Shown here: in pieces, positions 55,589 through 56,325 of the stretch | Layout of the letters: each line of letters starts with the position of its first letter | Numbering within the stretch: the first letter of the stretch is position 1 | Virus record (IMG/VR): IMGVR_UViG_3300042868_007474 | Span: 1-56,325 of that record | Source of the DNA: a virus | Taxonomy: Duplodnaviria; Caudoviricetes | Reading direction: 5' to 3' (one strand) | Length of the DNA stretch: 56,325 nucleotides | Position numbers and translations under genes: made by a program | Notes under the pieces: generated by a model | Told to the model about the DNA's origin: nothing | The model's input: the letters and a program-made list of their open reading frames with translations, nothing else | The model's database searches: none

Positions 55589-55824
55589 TTGTTTTGTTCA
55601 GTTAGTCGCTTAATTTCCTTCTTGAGCGTCTTAATATCATCCTTTGCAAGTTCGGCGGCATAAAGATATGCCGTCAATGGGTCTGGTTGGTTTTTCAACT
55701 CTTTAATTTGTGCTTTGAGTTTGTCGTTCTCTAACTTCAACTTATAGTAATCAACATAAGCAACACAGTCAAGCGTTTCTGTTGAACCATAAATATCCAT
55801 CCTGTATCGCTTCGGCTCGCTCAC
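55585..55824 (-). CDS. Coiled-coil hypothetical protein
   Basis: GTG start (VSEPKRY) overlapping the upstream stop. Confidence 0.55.
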   Translation of the reverse strand: MSEPKRYRMDIYGSTETLDCVAYVDYYKLKLENDKLKAQIKELKNQPDPLTAYLYAAELAKDDIKTLKKEIKRLTEQNK

Positions 55825-56282
55825 GACTGCTTGCCATCCTTGGCGGCGTTCCAGATTACCAAAGCCTTGAGGAAGTTTTTGGCATCCTTCTCCTCTCCGT
55901 TTGCCCATTCGGAAAGCATCGCATCACCTGCCTTGGTCAGCCTCTCGACCTGTTCGCACAGAAAAGCCGACCTTGCCATTTCCTTTTCGTGCATCTGGTC
56001 AAGGCACTCGTTGCCCTCTTTAAGCCGCTCGACCTCTTCCTTGAGGGCGGCGTGTGACCCAACGATGTATTTGATACGCTCTGGGAGGGTCATGTCAGCG
56101 AAGATGTCTCCGTTGTCGAACTCAAGTGTCTCGGAGTTAGCCATACGGATATACTGCGAAAGGTTGTATCCTCCGATAATTGCTGGCTTTGAGAGCCTCT
56201 CGACCTCGGCCTTGAGGCGGGCGTTCTCGGCAATAGTATCATCGAACAATGCTCGGTTGAACTGTGCGTGTAGTTCACTCAC
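55821..56282 (-). CDS. Coiled-coil protein with repeated (E/Q)VERL motifs
   Basis: 153 aa; LKAEVERL, LKEEVERL, CEQVERL. Confidence 0.65.
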   Translation of the reverse strand: MSELHAQFNRALFDDTIAENARLKAEVERLSKPAIIGGYNLSQYIRMANSETLEFDNGDIFADMTLPERIKYIVGSHAALKEEVERLKEGNECLDQMHEKEMARSAFLCEQVERLTKAGDAMLSEWANGEEKDAKNFLKALVIWNAAKDGKQS

Positions 56283-56325
56283 ATCGACACGGAGGCTTGC
56301 CAGACGATACCGCTCGGCTTCGGCC

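Noticed and set aside
1-56325. Stop-codon recoding
   Set aside because: Core genes are full length in the standard code and no suppressor tRNA was found
1-56325. Host assignment and lifestyle
   Set aside because: SD-less starts and codon bias hint at the host but cannot name it; no integrase or repressor is identifiable in this window

Overview
This window is about 56 kb of a tailed dsDNA phage (Caudoviricetes) genome. No host genes, integrase or CRISPR array are visible. (1) 1-14.4 kb, minus strand: lambda-like head module with small terminase, GpA large terminase, gpW-like adaptor, lambda-family portal, S49 protease, scaffold, major capsid, four genes sharing a short N-terminal domain, and head-tail proteins. 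(2) 14.7-18.5 kb, minus strand: an HTH protein, a primase-helicase and two small genes. (3) 18.9-48.9 kb: about 80 tiny, mostly plus-strand genes. Most are built as self-contained units: TAGG-core junction motif, optional palindromic operator, AT-rich UP tract with sigma70-type promoter, short or absent leader, ORF, GC hairpin terminator. Cargo includes ArdA, DUF932 and DUF3846-like proteins, acidic DNA-mimic candidates, several internal paralog families, a tRNA-like RNA and two ORF-less structured RNAs. Eight antisense promoters fire across unit junctions. (4) 49-50.7 kb: ten tRNAs (nine with U34, including a rare Ile-UAU) and an HNH gene. (5) 50.7-56.3 kb: SSB-like, RecE/RecT-like, lysozyme-like, RuvC-like and small genes. 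The cassette-like array and its junction grammar is the best candidate for an undescribed system. All motif counts, alignments and folds were done by eye, with no database searches.
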